From an uncultured Planctomycetota bacterium (GTDB taxonomy: Bacteria; Planctomycetota; Planctomycetia; Isosphaerales; Isosphaeraceae), in the NCBI GenBank assembly GCA_963823665.1, contig CAWGMQ010000006.1, positions 1,344,001 through 1,408,000 of the forward strand: a stretch of DNA of 64,000 nucleotides, read 5' to 3'. Made by a program: the position numbers and the translations under genes. Of this stretch, positions 31,315-42,277 are shown piece by piece. Position 1 is the stretch's first letter; each line of letters begins with the position of its first letter. Under the pieces are notes generated by a model. It saw only the letters and a list, made by a program, of their open reading frames with translations. It searched no databases and was not told the DNA's origin.

Positions 31315-31866
31315 GATAGGCTCTCCTCTCGATCGGCACCGGACCTGGCAGCTTCGCCGGCAAAGAGTTGAACACGAAGCGCCTTGACCCCGGTATGAAT
31401 CAAGTAGCCCACGTTGGACACGCTATGTCCGCTGATCCGGCTGATTTCCTGGTAGGAAAACCCGTTCTGAAACTTGAGGCGAATGACCTCGCGCTGATTG
31501 ACGGGCAAGACCTCGAGCAAGTCGAGCACCCTGGACGCCAGGTCTCGCCTGACCGCGGCCTCGAGTGGTCCCGGGTCCGGGCTGAGGCAGCGCTGCACCT
31601 GCTCCTCGTGCAACTGAGTCATCCGATTCTCCTTCCGCAGCACATCGAGCGCCCGGTTCCGGCAAACGGTGAACAGCCACTCGGCCAGGTGCCCGTCGAT
31701 CGATGCAAACTCGGAGGCGCATAGTTTCAAAAACGTATCCTGCACCACATCTCGCGCAGCCTCAGCATCTCGCAGCAAGCTGCGCGGCGTACAACAAGAG
31801 CGGCCCCTCAAACCGGGCCACCGCATCGCGTACCCATGACTGCTGCTCGCCCGTTACTTGCGACAT
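31311..31866 (-). CDS. ECF sigma factor (copy 1; frameshift near 31780)
   Basis: Near-identical to 27952-28504; ATGA overlap with the VWA gene. Confidence 0.88.
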
Positions 31867-31947
31867 CAGCCCGCCCGAAAGGAATTCCAGTTCCGTTCAT
31901 TCTATAAGACGGGTGTCGGGCGAGTTTCTTAGATTTGGAAGCGCATA

Positions 31948-31993
31948 CCTGCCCCCAGCGTGGGCGAGGTGCCGCCGCAGGCGGCGGTGGGGG
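31948..31993 (+). repeat. REP-like double hairpin (CCCCC..GGG.GAGGTGCCGCC..GGCGG..GGGGG)
   Basis: Similar copy at about 35815-35862 in the same orientation. Confidence 0.5.
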
Positions 31994-32038
31994 GCCGGCG
32001 CACACGGAAGAAACCCCAGCGCACTAACCGGCATTGTC

Positions 32039-32088
32039 CTCGTCCCGACGCTCCGCGTCGGAACGGTGTTTGTGCCGCTCTGCGGTGC
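32039..32088 (+). repeat. REP-like palindrome CTCGTCCCGACGCTCCGCGTCGGAACG
   Basis: Hairpin CCGACGC-TCC-GCGTCGG resembling the TCGTTCCCACGCTCCGCGTGGGAAC REP class. Confidence 0.55.
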
Positions 32089-32183
32089 GCTTGACGTAAA
32101 TCGCAGGAAGTTCTTTCCGGCTTTTTCTTCAGTCAACAGATCGTAATTGGCCGTGCAAATCAGAACAAAAAAACTCTTTGGGC

Positions 32184-32332
32184 CTGCGCCACCTATCATC
32201 TGCGCCATCCCCTTGCGGTGCTTGGACTTAACGGTGGCGCAGGCAAAAACCGGAATACAGGCAGAATCGCAGTAACTCACTGCTGCAAATCGAGTTGTGA
32301 GGTGGCGCAGAGGTGGCGCAGACGTGGCGCAG
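32184..32332. repeat. Iteron-like GTGGCGCAG cluster (4 direct, 2 inverted)
   Basis: GTGGCGCAG at 32234, 32302, 32313 and 32324; inverted CTGCGCCA(C/T) at 32184 and 32200. Confidence 0.8.
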
Positions 32333-32340
32333 AGGAAACG

Positions 32341-33823
32341 TCAGAGCTGCTCCGCACCGATCGTGATCAAGCGGCTCGCGTTCGTCTTCCCGAATGCCAC
32401 CGATATCCCGCGCGTCCGAAGCGCCGGAGCGATCCGCCGCAGTTCGTCGCTGAACGCCCGCACGGTCTTCGGCCACTGCGCCGAGATCCGCACCCGCCGC
32501 GGCACCTCCCTGGTCAACTCGTCCAGCATCTCGGTCGGCGAGAGTTTCCAATCCGTCCTCAACCCCCCAAGTTCCGCGCTCTCAATCAAGGCCCGAGCCA
32601 GCGGCGAATCCTCGATCGATGCGCTCGCGGCCGCCCGCCGGTTGTCGCCGTAAATCGACAGAAATGTCTCTGCCGGCCAGCCCAGCCCCCGGCCGACGGC
32701 CTCTCCAAATCGCGCAAAGTCCGCCATTCGTGGAAGCTTGAGCGGGTTCACCGACGGAAGCCCTCTCAGCCCGCCCACGACCGCATCGAGCAACCCTCCG
32801 AAAATCGACGCATATTCCGCCCGGAATGCTTGCCAGAATTCCGACTCCGCGCGGCGGCTCGTCTGACTGATCGGCGGCGGTTGCAAGAATGCACAACGGT
32901 CCGCCAGGTCTTCCCGGCGGACAAATTCATCAACACCATTTAATATAACCGGCCGCTCGGCATGGATCGTCCTCCGCTCGTCGTCTGAATAAACCGCTGC
33001 GCCCGGAAAATCCACCGCCGGTCGCCAGCCGGCAAAAGCTATCGGAAAGCCAGTTTGGCAACACGCTGATGTTGTCATACACGAGCAGCCACCCGCCGAA
33101 GGCCGTGACCATCAGGTCGCGGGTGCTGCCCGGCTGCGCCAGCACCGGCGAGGCCTGCGGATCAATCAGCATCCGCACAACTTTCGCCAGAGTGCTCTTC
33201 GCCGAGCCTTGCTCGCCGTGGATCGCCAGCACCGGATAAGGCCCCTCGGGCAATAGTCGCCGCCGCCAGCCAGCCGACCAGGAGTCGAAAATCCGGCTCG
33301 GTCAGGTTCACATAGGCTTGCAGCCGCTCGATCGAGCCCTCGCGCTTCGGAACCGGCAGCGGCACCTGTCCGTCAGGGCGCCGGAATTTCACCACCGGTT
33401 TGTCGACCACGAGCCACCCGCGCGCGTTGATTTTCACGGCCCGGCCGCTCGAGTCGCCGAGGTCGATGTAGAAATCCCCGGCTCCCGCTTCGCCTTCGCG
33501 GCCCACTCGCACGTGCACAGCCGGCATGCTGCGCTCAAACCTCGCACGGGCCACCAGCGACGTGACCACGCTCCTCACCGCGCCCGCCGGCGGAAGCTCG
33601 CCTCGCTCGCATCGGTAGCTTTCGATCAGCCAGTCGCCGAATGCCGTCGACTTCAGCCCGTAAATCTCCTGCCGGTCGCCAATCGGCACCTGCGGCATGA
33701 AACCGCCCGTCCGCCGACCGGAAAAATCGAGCCCTCGACGCGATCCGCAAAAGCGCCTCGACCGTGCCTCCGGACTGCTGTGATTCGTCCGCCGCGCCCG
33801 TCACCAATCGTTTCAACCGACAT
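32341..33823 (-). pseudogene. Phage/plasmid primase-associated P-loop ATPase/helicase, several frameshifts
   Basis: Walker A GEQGSAKST, LLVYDNIS, SDSFCRLATGGGF, YSDDE, RPVILNG and DLADRC spread over four ORFs. Confidence 0.75.
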
Positions 33824-33867
33824 GCCGTTGCTCCCGTTTCGTCGAAGCCCGCTGGTTTACCTCATAC

Positions 33868-34560
33868 TCATACTCGTTGGCTCTTTCTACTGCCCCCGCC
33901 CGTCTTTCCCGCGCTCCTACCCCGACGCGTCCGCCGTGGGTCTCCGACCCCGCCCGTCTTTCCCACGCCCCCTCCCGACTCACTCGCTTCAGCCGAGCAA
34001 TCACGTCGCTCCTCCAGCAGGAACTTGACGCTTCGACTCGCCGACCTGATCCACAGCATCTCCTCGCGCTCGAGTTTCGCTGCCAGCGGCGACGAATCGA
34101 ATTCCCGCCCAGCAGCCTCTCGCGCGTCGTCGCTTGCTGGCACGCCGTCGATGCTCCTCGGCGCGCTCGCTCAGCCGATTCATCGCGCGCTTCCACGATG
34201 CCGACGATCGTCGCACGCCCCTGCTCCGATTCCCCAGATCAAGCACTCCTGGTTGACGCAAGCTCTCTGACACGGCTCAGGAAGTCCTTGGCACGCGCAA
34301 AGCCCATCTCCTTTTCAGCGCCAGGAACGCGTTGTCGTGGCCACGATCGATCGCATCGGCCGCCATGAAAACAACAGCAACTTCCGGATCGTCCATCGCC
34401 TCCAGCGGCCGTTTCCCGATCAGTCGGATGATGTCGAAGACATTGTTACAAATCCAGTTGCACATCCCACGGAAGCAATCGTAAATATGTGCCCAGTTTT
34501 CGAGAAGCCACCGGCATCCGGCCTCGGTCGACTCGAGTTGCTCCACGAGTGGGCCAGGTG
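33868..34560 (-). pseudogene. 3' part of a conserved hypothetical protein (frameshifted)
   Basis: LESTEAGCRWLLENW...IRLIGKRPLEA and FDSSP.A.KL.R.E segments resemble a multicopy planctomycete family (from memory); N-terminus absent. Confidence 0.4.
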
Positions 34561-35936
34561 GTGGGTACTTTATACTTCGGCCCTGATTCCACTACCGGCG
34601 TCACTTCCCTGGGCTGGCAGGCTTATGTCCAGCCCGTACAAGGTCCAGCAAGCCGAAGGGAGTAGCTGGTGTCCAAGATCGAGGGCTTCCGCGAACTCCT
34701 TGTCACGCCGCACCGCTTGCAGGATATACCGCTCTCGACTGGCCGCGGCCGCACGCCGTGCTCGCTCGACCTCAGAGATTTCAAAATTCAGGTAACCAAC
34801 GAAGTCTTCCATCGACCCCGTTGCAAGGCTGGATCCGGCTCGCTTATTCCCTCAACTCTTCAAAAGTCACGTGATCTCCTCTCTTGGGCTGTTCCACCAG
34901 AAAGCCGTCCCGCGCCAGCCCATGCCGAGCAAGCATAGCCGCCGCGGATTTTGCACTGCTCTCACGATCGCGCCGAATACGATCGGTTCGATATCCCTAA
35001 ATCGGGAAAATGCGCGACGAGCATTTAGTTTTTTCCCGTAAACGCAGCGTGAATCTGGTCAGCCTGCTTGGGTTTGCTGGGTGCAAGCGAATCTGACGGC
35101 GCTTCCTCTGGTTCAGTGTGCCAATCCGATCCCAGGGTCGTCGCGGCGTCGACCACGGAAGCGGTCCGATTGCCGCGCCTTTCGCTCGTGGTTTCCGCAT
35201 CGAAAAAAGCGATTCAAGCATAGTGAACAACCCGGTCCGATCATTTTGGCAATTTGCCAGTGGCATTGCCATGAGTGTGGGTCAATCGTTTGGAAACGCA
35301 CTCGCAAGGTCCGATCCTTTGATTCAGATTCAACATACGGAGCGGATTTCCCCGACCCGGATGACCGCTCGAACGTTTAAAAAATGGCAATAAGTGGCAA
35401 TTATACGAGGGTCTTCAAGCATCCGTACACTAGTGTAAATTGATGGATTTCATGAGCGGCCAGAGGGTCGTCGTCTGTTGGTTGTTGACGCTCACGGAAT
35501 GAAGTTGGAATCATGGTCTCTTCCCGGTAGAAATGGATTTGGATGAAGGTGCGCGGTCAAGCATCCCAAGTAGGTCAGGCTTCAGCCTGACGATTCGCAG
35601 ATCAGCAACGGCGGCCGATGGAATAGGTCGTTTTTGCCACTGCCGATCCGAGACGTCATGGCAGTACGCCTTCTCTGCGAAAACGGTCGATCACCCTGAC
35701 GCCCCAGCACGAACCACAGTGCCAAACAGCGCAGCGCCCTCGATGATCCATCGTAACCCCGAATTCTAGCACGCGAATCCCGAAAGTGCAAGTAGTATCC
35801 TGTTTAGAGTATTCTTCCCCCCGCCGTTGGGGAGGTGCCGCCCCCGGCGGCCGTGGGGGGGAGTGCAGGCGGATGGCTTGGGGAGCCCAGCGGTATTCTC
35901 GTGGCCGCAGTCGCCGGTGCTGGACCTCTTCCCGCT

Positions 35937-35966
35937 CTTAATCGTAATCCTATTCTTAATCCTAAT
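35937..35966. repeat. Degenerate (CYTAAT) x5 array
   Basis: CTTAAT CGTAAT CCTATT CTTAAT CCTAAT; same GCTCTTAAT start as the 25105 array. Confidence 0.75.
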
Positions 35967-35987
35967 CTTGCTCCCGCCCTCCGTCCT

Positions 35988-36122
35988 GGTACAGGTTCAG
36001 GACATAGGTGACACTTTAGGTTCAGGACATATGTGACACTTTGAGGCACGATTGGTCCGAATGGGGGGACCAAGCGATGCCTTGGAAAGTGATCAATCCT
36101 ATGGATGGCAGTACCGAGTTCG
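35988..36122 (+). mobile_element. IS481-family left-end remnant
   Basis: Two tandem 25-bp units AGGTTCAGGACATA(G/T)GTGACACTTT (35993-36042), then ATG 36077 encoding MPWKVINPMD..TEF, typical of IS481 transposase starts; truncated. Confidence 0.75.
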
Positions 36123-36269
36123 ACCTTCAGCCGAGCGGATCTCGTGCCTGTGGACGGGTTGCCGATTGAATCAAACCGTCGTCAGCTAACTGGAACGGTT
36201 TTATCGGAGCGATTTGGCACACACGAAGCAAGTGCGCATGCGTCCGTACCACGATTTGAGACAACGCGT

Positions 36270-39200
36270 CTAATCCCTGCGGGGAGGAACTTCACCCGCG
36301 GTTGGCCGGTCAGGCGCAGCGGGTGCGACTTCGGTCTCCGGCCAGTCCGGACCCAAGGGCGATGGATCGCCTTGGCAGATAAAGGCGCCCCAGTAGAAGG
36401 GATCGGGGTATTTGGCCTTCATTGCGAGCTGTGCGTGGCGCAACGCCTCGGCGCGGCCTTGGCCGTTCATGAGACGTCGGTAATAGTCGACCATCAACTC
36501 CTGTGTCTGCTCGTCGGGCACTTTCCACAGGCTCATGACCAGGGTCTTAGCCCCTGCCAGGACGAACGCGCGGCGCAGCCCGAAGACGCCTTCGCCGGCG
36601 TGGACCTCGCCGAGGCCCGTATCGCAGGCCGAGAGCACGACTAGCTCGGTGTCCAAGAGGTTCACCCCCGTGACATCCTCTGCGGTCAGCAGGCCGTCCT
36701 CGGCCTCCTCGGGCGCAGTGCCGGCCTTGAGGAAAGTGTTGGCGCCAGCCAGCGCCAGGCCGGAGCGGAGCATCGGGTTCTCCATCTGCGGGCCGGAGAG
36801 CCGACCTGGTGCGAATCCCTCAGCGGCGAACCCGACTGGGTCGACTTCAAGGCTCGGCGCCGCCTGCCGTAGCTCGGCCTGCTGGTCGGGCAGGAAGAAC
36901 CCGTGGGTAGCCAGGTGGAGAATGCGGGGCGAGCGGCATTCGGCCTTCAGCCGGCCCTCCGTCGCCGCGGTGCCCAGTACGGGCCGAATGCCGAGCAGCG
37001 TGGCGACTCGCTGGCCCTCGGCCCGTGTGCCCGGCAGGCGGTGGAAGTATTGTCCGACGTGCTGGCGGTCCATGTCGCGCGAATGGCGGCCGATCGCGCG
37101 AGCTGCCCCGCCGAGGTCGGGCACGGATCGGACGTTCGCCTCGAGGTCGAAGTCCGGATCGGCGAACAAGAGGGGCGAGGCGGGAGCGCCGCTGGCCGCG
37201 ATCCCGAGCCGGAGCGCGTCGCGGCCGCAGCTCAAGTAGCTGATCTGATATCCGTCGATCAGGCGGCTGCCGTTATCGGTGGGCAACACCTCGAATGGAA
37301 GCAGCGACAGGCCGCCGTCGGGGGCGATCAGGAGGCTTGTGCGGCCGGACAGCGCCGACAGCAGCCGGTCAAAAACGGCAGCGCGGAGCTGGCTGCCGAG
37401 CCGCTCCGCCGATGCAGGTGAGGGCTCCTCACACGATTTGGTCATGTCCCGGCAGGCGCGGTCCTCATCCGTACCGGTGACGCCGGCGCGGAAGTCGGCA
37501 ATCATGCGGTCGATCGGCTCGGCATGGCCAAGGTCGATCATCCGCACGTCGTCCGAGTTGCCCGCGCAGGACGAAAGCCACGTAGCGTTCCGGCTGCCAC
37601 AACTTCTCGCCGCGCGCCGGCCTCGCACGGAAGTCGTATACGGGGAACCGGACGAACTCGACGAGGGCGGCGCCCTCGGGCAAGGCCAGAGCCACGGCTT
37701 GGCGGTCGGCGGCGCGGAGCTGCCGCTCGAGGTTCATCTCGGGGACATGCCGGGCCAGCTCGGCTTCCTGTCGTTCCCGCTCGGCCGACCACTCGGCGAG
37801 CCGCCGCCCGTGGGCCTCGCGCCCCTCCGGCCCGGGCCCCGCCAGCGTCGCGCGGGCGACCTGCATCCGCAGGGCGCCCAGCTCCTCGAGCTTCGGTCGA
37901 AGGGCGGGGTACTTGCCTCCCAAGACGGCGTCGCGCTGCGTGGCTGTCGCCTCGGCGCCGATCGCTTTGCGGCTCAGGACGAGGTCGAGAACCATTCGGA
38001 TCGCGGCAGGCGAGTCACCCAGGTGCTTGAGGACGAGGGATAAGGTTTCGTACAGCTTGCTCAGCTTGGTCAGCAGGAACGCGATCCTCTGCCGTTCGGA
38101 GCCGATGCAAAGGATCTGCCCGATCATCCGGTCGTCAATTGCCGCGACCTCTTGAAGCGCGGTCAGTGCCGCCGCGGCTCGGTCGGTGGCTGACAGTATC
38201 AACGCAAGGTTGGTCAGCGCGGCGGCGTAGTTGCGGTGCGTCGCGCCGAGGGCGGTGCGGGTGAGCTCGACGCCCTTTCGGCACAAGGGCAGCGCGGCGG
38301 CGTAGTCCCCTATCCCCTGGTACACGCTCGCCAGGTTGTGCAGGCAGCGGGCGTAGTCGGGATGGGCCTCGCCGAGTGCGGCGTGGGTGATCTCGCGGCC
38401 CGCTCGAGCAGAGGCAGCGCGGCGGCGTAGTCACCCATGCCCTGGTGCACCGACGCTAGGTCATGCAGGCTGGCGGCATAGTCGGGGTGGCCCTCGCCCA
38501 GGGCGGCACGGGTGAGCTCGGCGGCCTCGCGGCACAGTGGCATCGCCGCGGCATAGTCCCCGATCCCTTGGTAGACCGAAGCCAGACTACGAAGGCTTCG
38601 GGCGTAGCCAGGGTGGATCCCGCCCTGAGCGGTGCGGGTAAGCTCGGCGGCCTTGCGGCACAGCGGCAGCGCGGCGGCGTAGTCCCCGATCTCATGGTAC
38701 ACCGCCGCCAAGGTACCCAAGCTCCAGGCGTAGTCGGGGTGGGCCTCGCCTAGGGCGGCGCGGGTGCACTCGGCAGCCCGCTCAAGCAGGGGCCGTGCGG
38801 CGGCGTAGTTGCCAATCGCCCAATGCACCGTCCCCAGGTTATGGAGGCACCGGGCGTAGTCGCTGTGGGCGTCGCCCAAGGCGGCGCGGGTGAGCTCAGC
38901 GGCCCGCTCGCGCAGGGGCAGCGCGGTGGCGTAGTCACCCATCCCCTGGTGCACCGACGCCAGGTCGTGCAGGCTGGCCGCATGGCAGGGGTGGCCCTCT
39001 CCCAGGGCGGCGCTGGTGAGCTCGCTAACCTTGCGGCATATCGGCAGCGCGCCGGCGTAGTTCCCAATCGCCCGGTGCGCTGCGCCAGGCTGTGCAGTGT
39101 CTCGGTGAACCAGGGGTGGCGCTCGCCCCAGCCGGCGAGGATGAGCTCGGCGGCCTGCTCGAGCAGCGGCAGCGCGGCGGCGTGGTCCCCCATCGCGCGG

Positions 39201-39496
39201 TGCACCTGCGCCAGGCTGTGCAGGCTACGTGCATATTCCGAGATTGAGAACAAGTATGCGAGCTCGCTAGAGCCGAATCGCTCTCGGCAGCGAACTATCC
39301 GGGGGTAGTCGGGGCCGTCGCCTCCGAATTGGAAGTGCGCCAGGTCCGCGGCCTGTTGAGCCAGCGGCAACGCCTCTGCCCATCGGCCCTGCGCCGATAA
39401 CGTCGCGACTGATCGTTTAAGCTCGAGCAGGAGCGACTCGGTCCTCTCCCCCGACGCCCCTCCCGCTCTGTTGGTGAAGGAATCGAACGGCGCCAT
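36270..39496 (-). CDS. TPR + CHAT (caspase-like protease) protein, several frameshifts
   Basis: 42-aa repeats (LG..HPDYA.SL..LA.V...GDYAAA.PL), then APDG.L..LPFE, LHLATHG (His), LSACDTG (Cys), MSLWKV, WGAF. Confidence 0.88.
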
Positions 39497-39659
39497 GGCA
39501 ATCGACTCCCGGTCTCCGGCTCACAGAAAACGTGGTGGTCCGGTAGGCCTGCGGTGTCCTGGAGCAGCCGACTCTCGGGCATGCCTGATCGGATAACTGG
39601 GATTATACGTTGGCTCCCGGACCGACTTCACGTATTAGACCCCCAACTTTCGGAAGGGG

Positions 39660-39858
39660 ATAAGGTGTCAAAGGGGAAAAGCTGTCAGGAACCCAATTTG
39701 CCCGAAGGGGAAAAGAAGGGGCAAAGGTGGGAAGGCGCAAAGGTGTCAGGAACCAATTTGTCCGAACTCGAAGCGCGAGCGGGAATAATTCAACGAACCA
39801 CGAAATGCGCGAAACCACACGGAAACGCGTTTGTGGTCAGGTCTCCTCGGGGTCGAAT
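39660..39858 (+). repeat. Dispersed AAGGTGTCAGGAACCAATTTG element, copy A (stuttered 5' end)
   Basis: About 120 bp aligns with 53576-53697 and about 65 bp with 56245-56313. Confidence 0.88.
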
Positions 39859-40314
39859 GCCGCATGACATCCATTCTGATCAAATCTCGCTCGGTCTTCG
39901 CTCCACACTCGACGAGGTAAGACGCCTCCTCGCCGATCGTGCGCACCGCAACGCGCGCCGGAGGTTCTTCGTCGAGGGCGCGAGAATCGTCGTCCATGCC
40001 CTCGAGACCGGCTTCCACATCGATGCGCTCATCTACAGCGAGAAGCTGTTGATCGCTTGATCGGTGCCTCGCCAGACGGGTCGGCCGATCTCCACCGCTT
40101 CGCCTATCCTCGCCCGACAATCCTCGTCCTCGGCGAGGAGCGCGGAGGGCTCTCGCCGCTCCAGCGTGATCTCTGCTCGGACCTCGTTCGCATTCCGATG
40201 CTCGGTGTCGCTGACTCCCTGAATCTCGCCGTGGCCGGAAGCCTGCTGCTGTACGAGGTCTATCGGGCCAGGTCGGCTCACGACACGAGTGTTCGCCGAT
40301 CCGGCGCACGTTAG
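39857..40314 (+). pseudogene. TrmH/SpoU RNA methyltransferase, internally deleted (copy 1)
   Basis: FFVEGAR N-domain joined to LVLGEERGGLS...IPM.G..DSLNLAVA SPOUT motifs; central part missing. Confidence 0.85.
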
Positions 40315-40702
40315 ATATCGCGAAGGATACCACCCCCGTGCCACGGGACTCGTTGGCTTGTCGAGTTCTGGACTCACATTTCGGACACTTGAACGGCTGG
40401 CGCGAACACTCGGAGAATTACGGGGTGTCTTTTCGGCAGTTGGCGAGCTTTCTGATGCAGCAATCCGCCCGTCTGGGCCAAAGGGATAGTTGCCACACAT
40501 CCTTTCGTGGGGCGCAGCGTAGCACGAGCCCGGGCCCGACGGTGTGGATTTCCAATGCTTACGCAGCGCGCCCGCATTCAAGCGCCTCGGAAACGCGCGT
40601 GACGAGCACCGTAGCGCCAATTTTCGCAAGACACGTTCGCGGTCGTACCGCGGAGTAAGGATAATTGATTAAAGGCCCGCGATTGTTTGGACCGAAGCGC
40701 TT

Positions 40703-40818
40703 ATGGTAAATAAACTGACGGATGTCACCGGGTTCCGCGGAGAGAAGATTCTCGAACTCTGCTTGACCGACTATCAGAACTTTCCGCAGCCCTTGTTCCG
40801 TCCTGGATTCCTGGGGGG
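40703..40818 (+). pseudogene. 5' fragment of a DUF4365-like (PD-(D/E)XK) gene
   Basis: MVNKLTDVTGFRGE...LFRPGFLG, cut by a dispersed 60-bp repeat. Confidence 0.45.
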
Positions 40819-41141
40819 ACTACAAGACACCCACCGTCCGCGAGTGGCGGGTGCATGGCTGAAACCCGAAAGGTAGGCGTCGGGCTTTCCCGTGCTCTCG
40901 TCGCCGCCGCCGCCGGTCGCGCGCCTGTACAAAGCGGGGGCCGCCCATGTCAGCTCTGTGCCCTTCGCGGGAACGACGGACTGGATTCAGGAGCGATGCA
41001 ACGAGCGTCGCGGACTGCTATCGTTAGGACGATGGAGCGTGCCGGGACCTGGTTCAACAGTCCGTCACGCAGCGGGATCTCGTGCGATTGTCCCGGCAAT
41101 CCGGAGTGACTTTGCCATCGGGCCTATCAGAGGCAACCGCC

Positions 41142-42203
41142 ATGACCAAACCGGCCCCGACCTTGATCAGCCAGATCTCCAAGAAGCAACGGGACGTCGT
41201 CCAGAAGATATTTGAGCACGAGGGGGCGAACCTCTCTCGGGATGAGTTCTTCCACTGGACTGAGGCCCAACGGACAACCAACACCCGCCAGGCCAAACAA
41301 GCTGCTTGGTCGCACAACGGCCTGCGAATCCATTTGAAGAATCGGTTCGGATGCACGGACGAAGAGGCCGAGGCAATGCTGGTGCGGAGCACCTACGAAA
41401 CCGGCCTGGTGGCTCGCGGCGTCGCCCGGCGGATCCTGACCGGAAACCCGGAAGAACTGGAAGCCGCGCTCAGCCTCAGTGCTCGCCTCGATTGGGTAGG
41501 AACCTGCTACCCGGGTCGACCATGGGGCGCGTCCTACCCCGACGTCTGGACGGCACTTGGCGGGCTCGCGGCGGGGGACCTCGAGGTTGCCCAGGCCATA
41601 TTCCGGGTGCCGTGCCACGACCGCGGCCACAGGGCCACCGTGCTGATTTACGACGGCGTCGAGGCCATCGTCATGCAAGACCGACCGGCGCAGGCTCGGC
41701 TCGCCCCCAAAATCGCCGATTGCCGCGTGTCGGGTTGCTACCGAGCCATTCTCGAGACACTTCACGGCATGATCGAAGCCGACGCGCCCTCGGTCGCCAG
41801 GGGGCTAGAAAGGGTCCTGGCCACGTTCCGACGTCAGGAACCGCTCCATCATGAGACGATCATCTCCTTCCACGCTCATGCTCTTGCCGAGCTAGCCTAC
41901 TGGGTCTCACCGAAACTGCTTGCGGATTTCGATGTGGACCGGCCGCTTCCCTGGGATCGCGAGTACTTTCACTGGCTGCGCCGGACGCCACGGTCCACGG
42001 CATACCGAGACCTGTCTGCCTATTCCAGTCTGCTCAACCGCTGGGTTCATGATCTGAACGAGCCCGATTGGTGGCAGCTCCAGCGAGCATCGGCCGAAGA
42101 GGGGCAATCGACGTCCGATTCTCGTGGGATACCTGAGGAAGCTCGCAGTGAGGAATCCGAGGAAGTCCGCTTGCCTGCCGATTGCGCCCGGCTTGTCTCT
42201 TGA
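41142..42203 (+). CDS. Hypothetical alpha-helical protein (possibly Imm49-like immunity protein)
   Basis: Clean 353-aa ORF with AGAGG RBS; C-terminal ISFHAHALAELA...PWD pattern; family assignment weak. Confidence 0.55.
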   Translation: MTKPAPTLISQISKKQRDVVQKIFEHEGANLSRDEFFHWTEAQRTTNTRQAKQAAWSHNGLRIHLKNRFGCTDEEAEAMLVRSTYETGLVARGVARRILTGNPEELEAALSLSARLDWVGTCYPGRPWGASYPDVWTALGGLAAGDLEVAQAIFRVPCHDRGHRATVLIYDGVEAIVMQDRPAQARLAPKIADCRVSGCYRAILETLHGMIEADAPSVARGLERVLATFRRQEPLHHETIISFHAHALAELAYWVSPKLLADFDVDRPLPWDREYFHWLRRTPRSTAYRDLSAYSSLLNRWVHDLNEPDWWQLQRASAEEGQSTSDSRGIPEEARSEESEEVRLPADCARLVS

Positions 42204-42277
42204 TCCGGCACGCAGTCCCAGCCAGGAGGAAGCACGCCGGGGACGCGGTCCACTTCCTCGACATCGGTCGGACCAGA

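Noticed and set aside
25208..31866. Duplication as an assembly artefact or a DGR template/variable pair
   Set aside because: Copies differ throughout, with indels and non-adenine-specific changes; no reverse transcriptase in the window.
34570..35800. Short ORFs and a TACACTAGTGTA palindrome in a lower-GC stretch
   Set aside because: No recognisable family or repeated partner; cannot support a call.
35993..36042. CRISPR mini-array
   Set aside because: Two abutting 25-bp units with no spacer, followed by an IS481-type transposase start; no cas genes.
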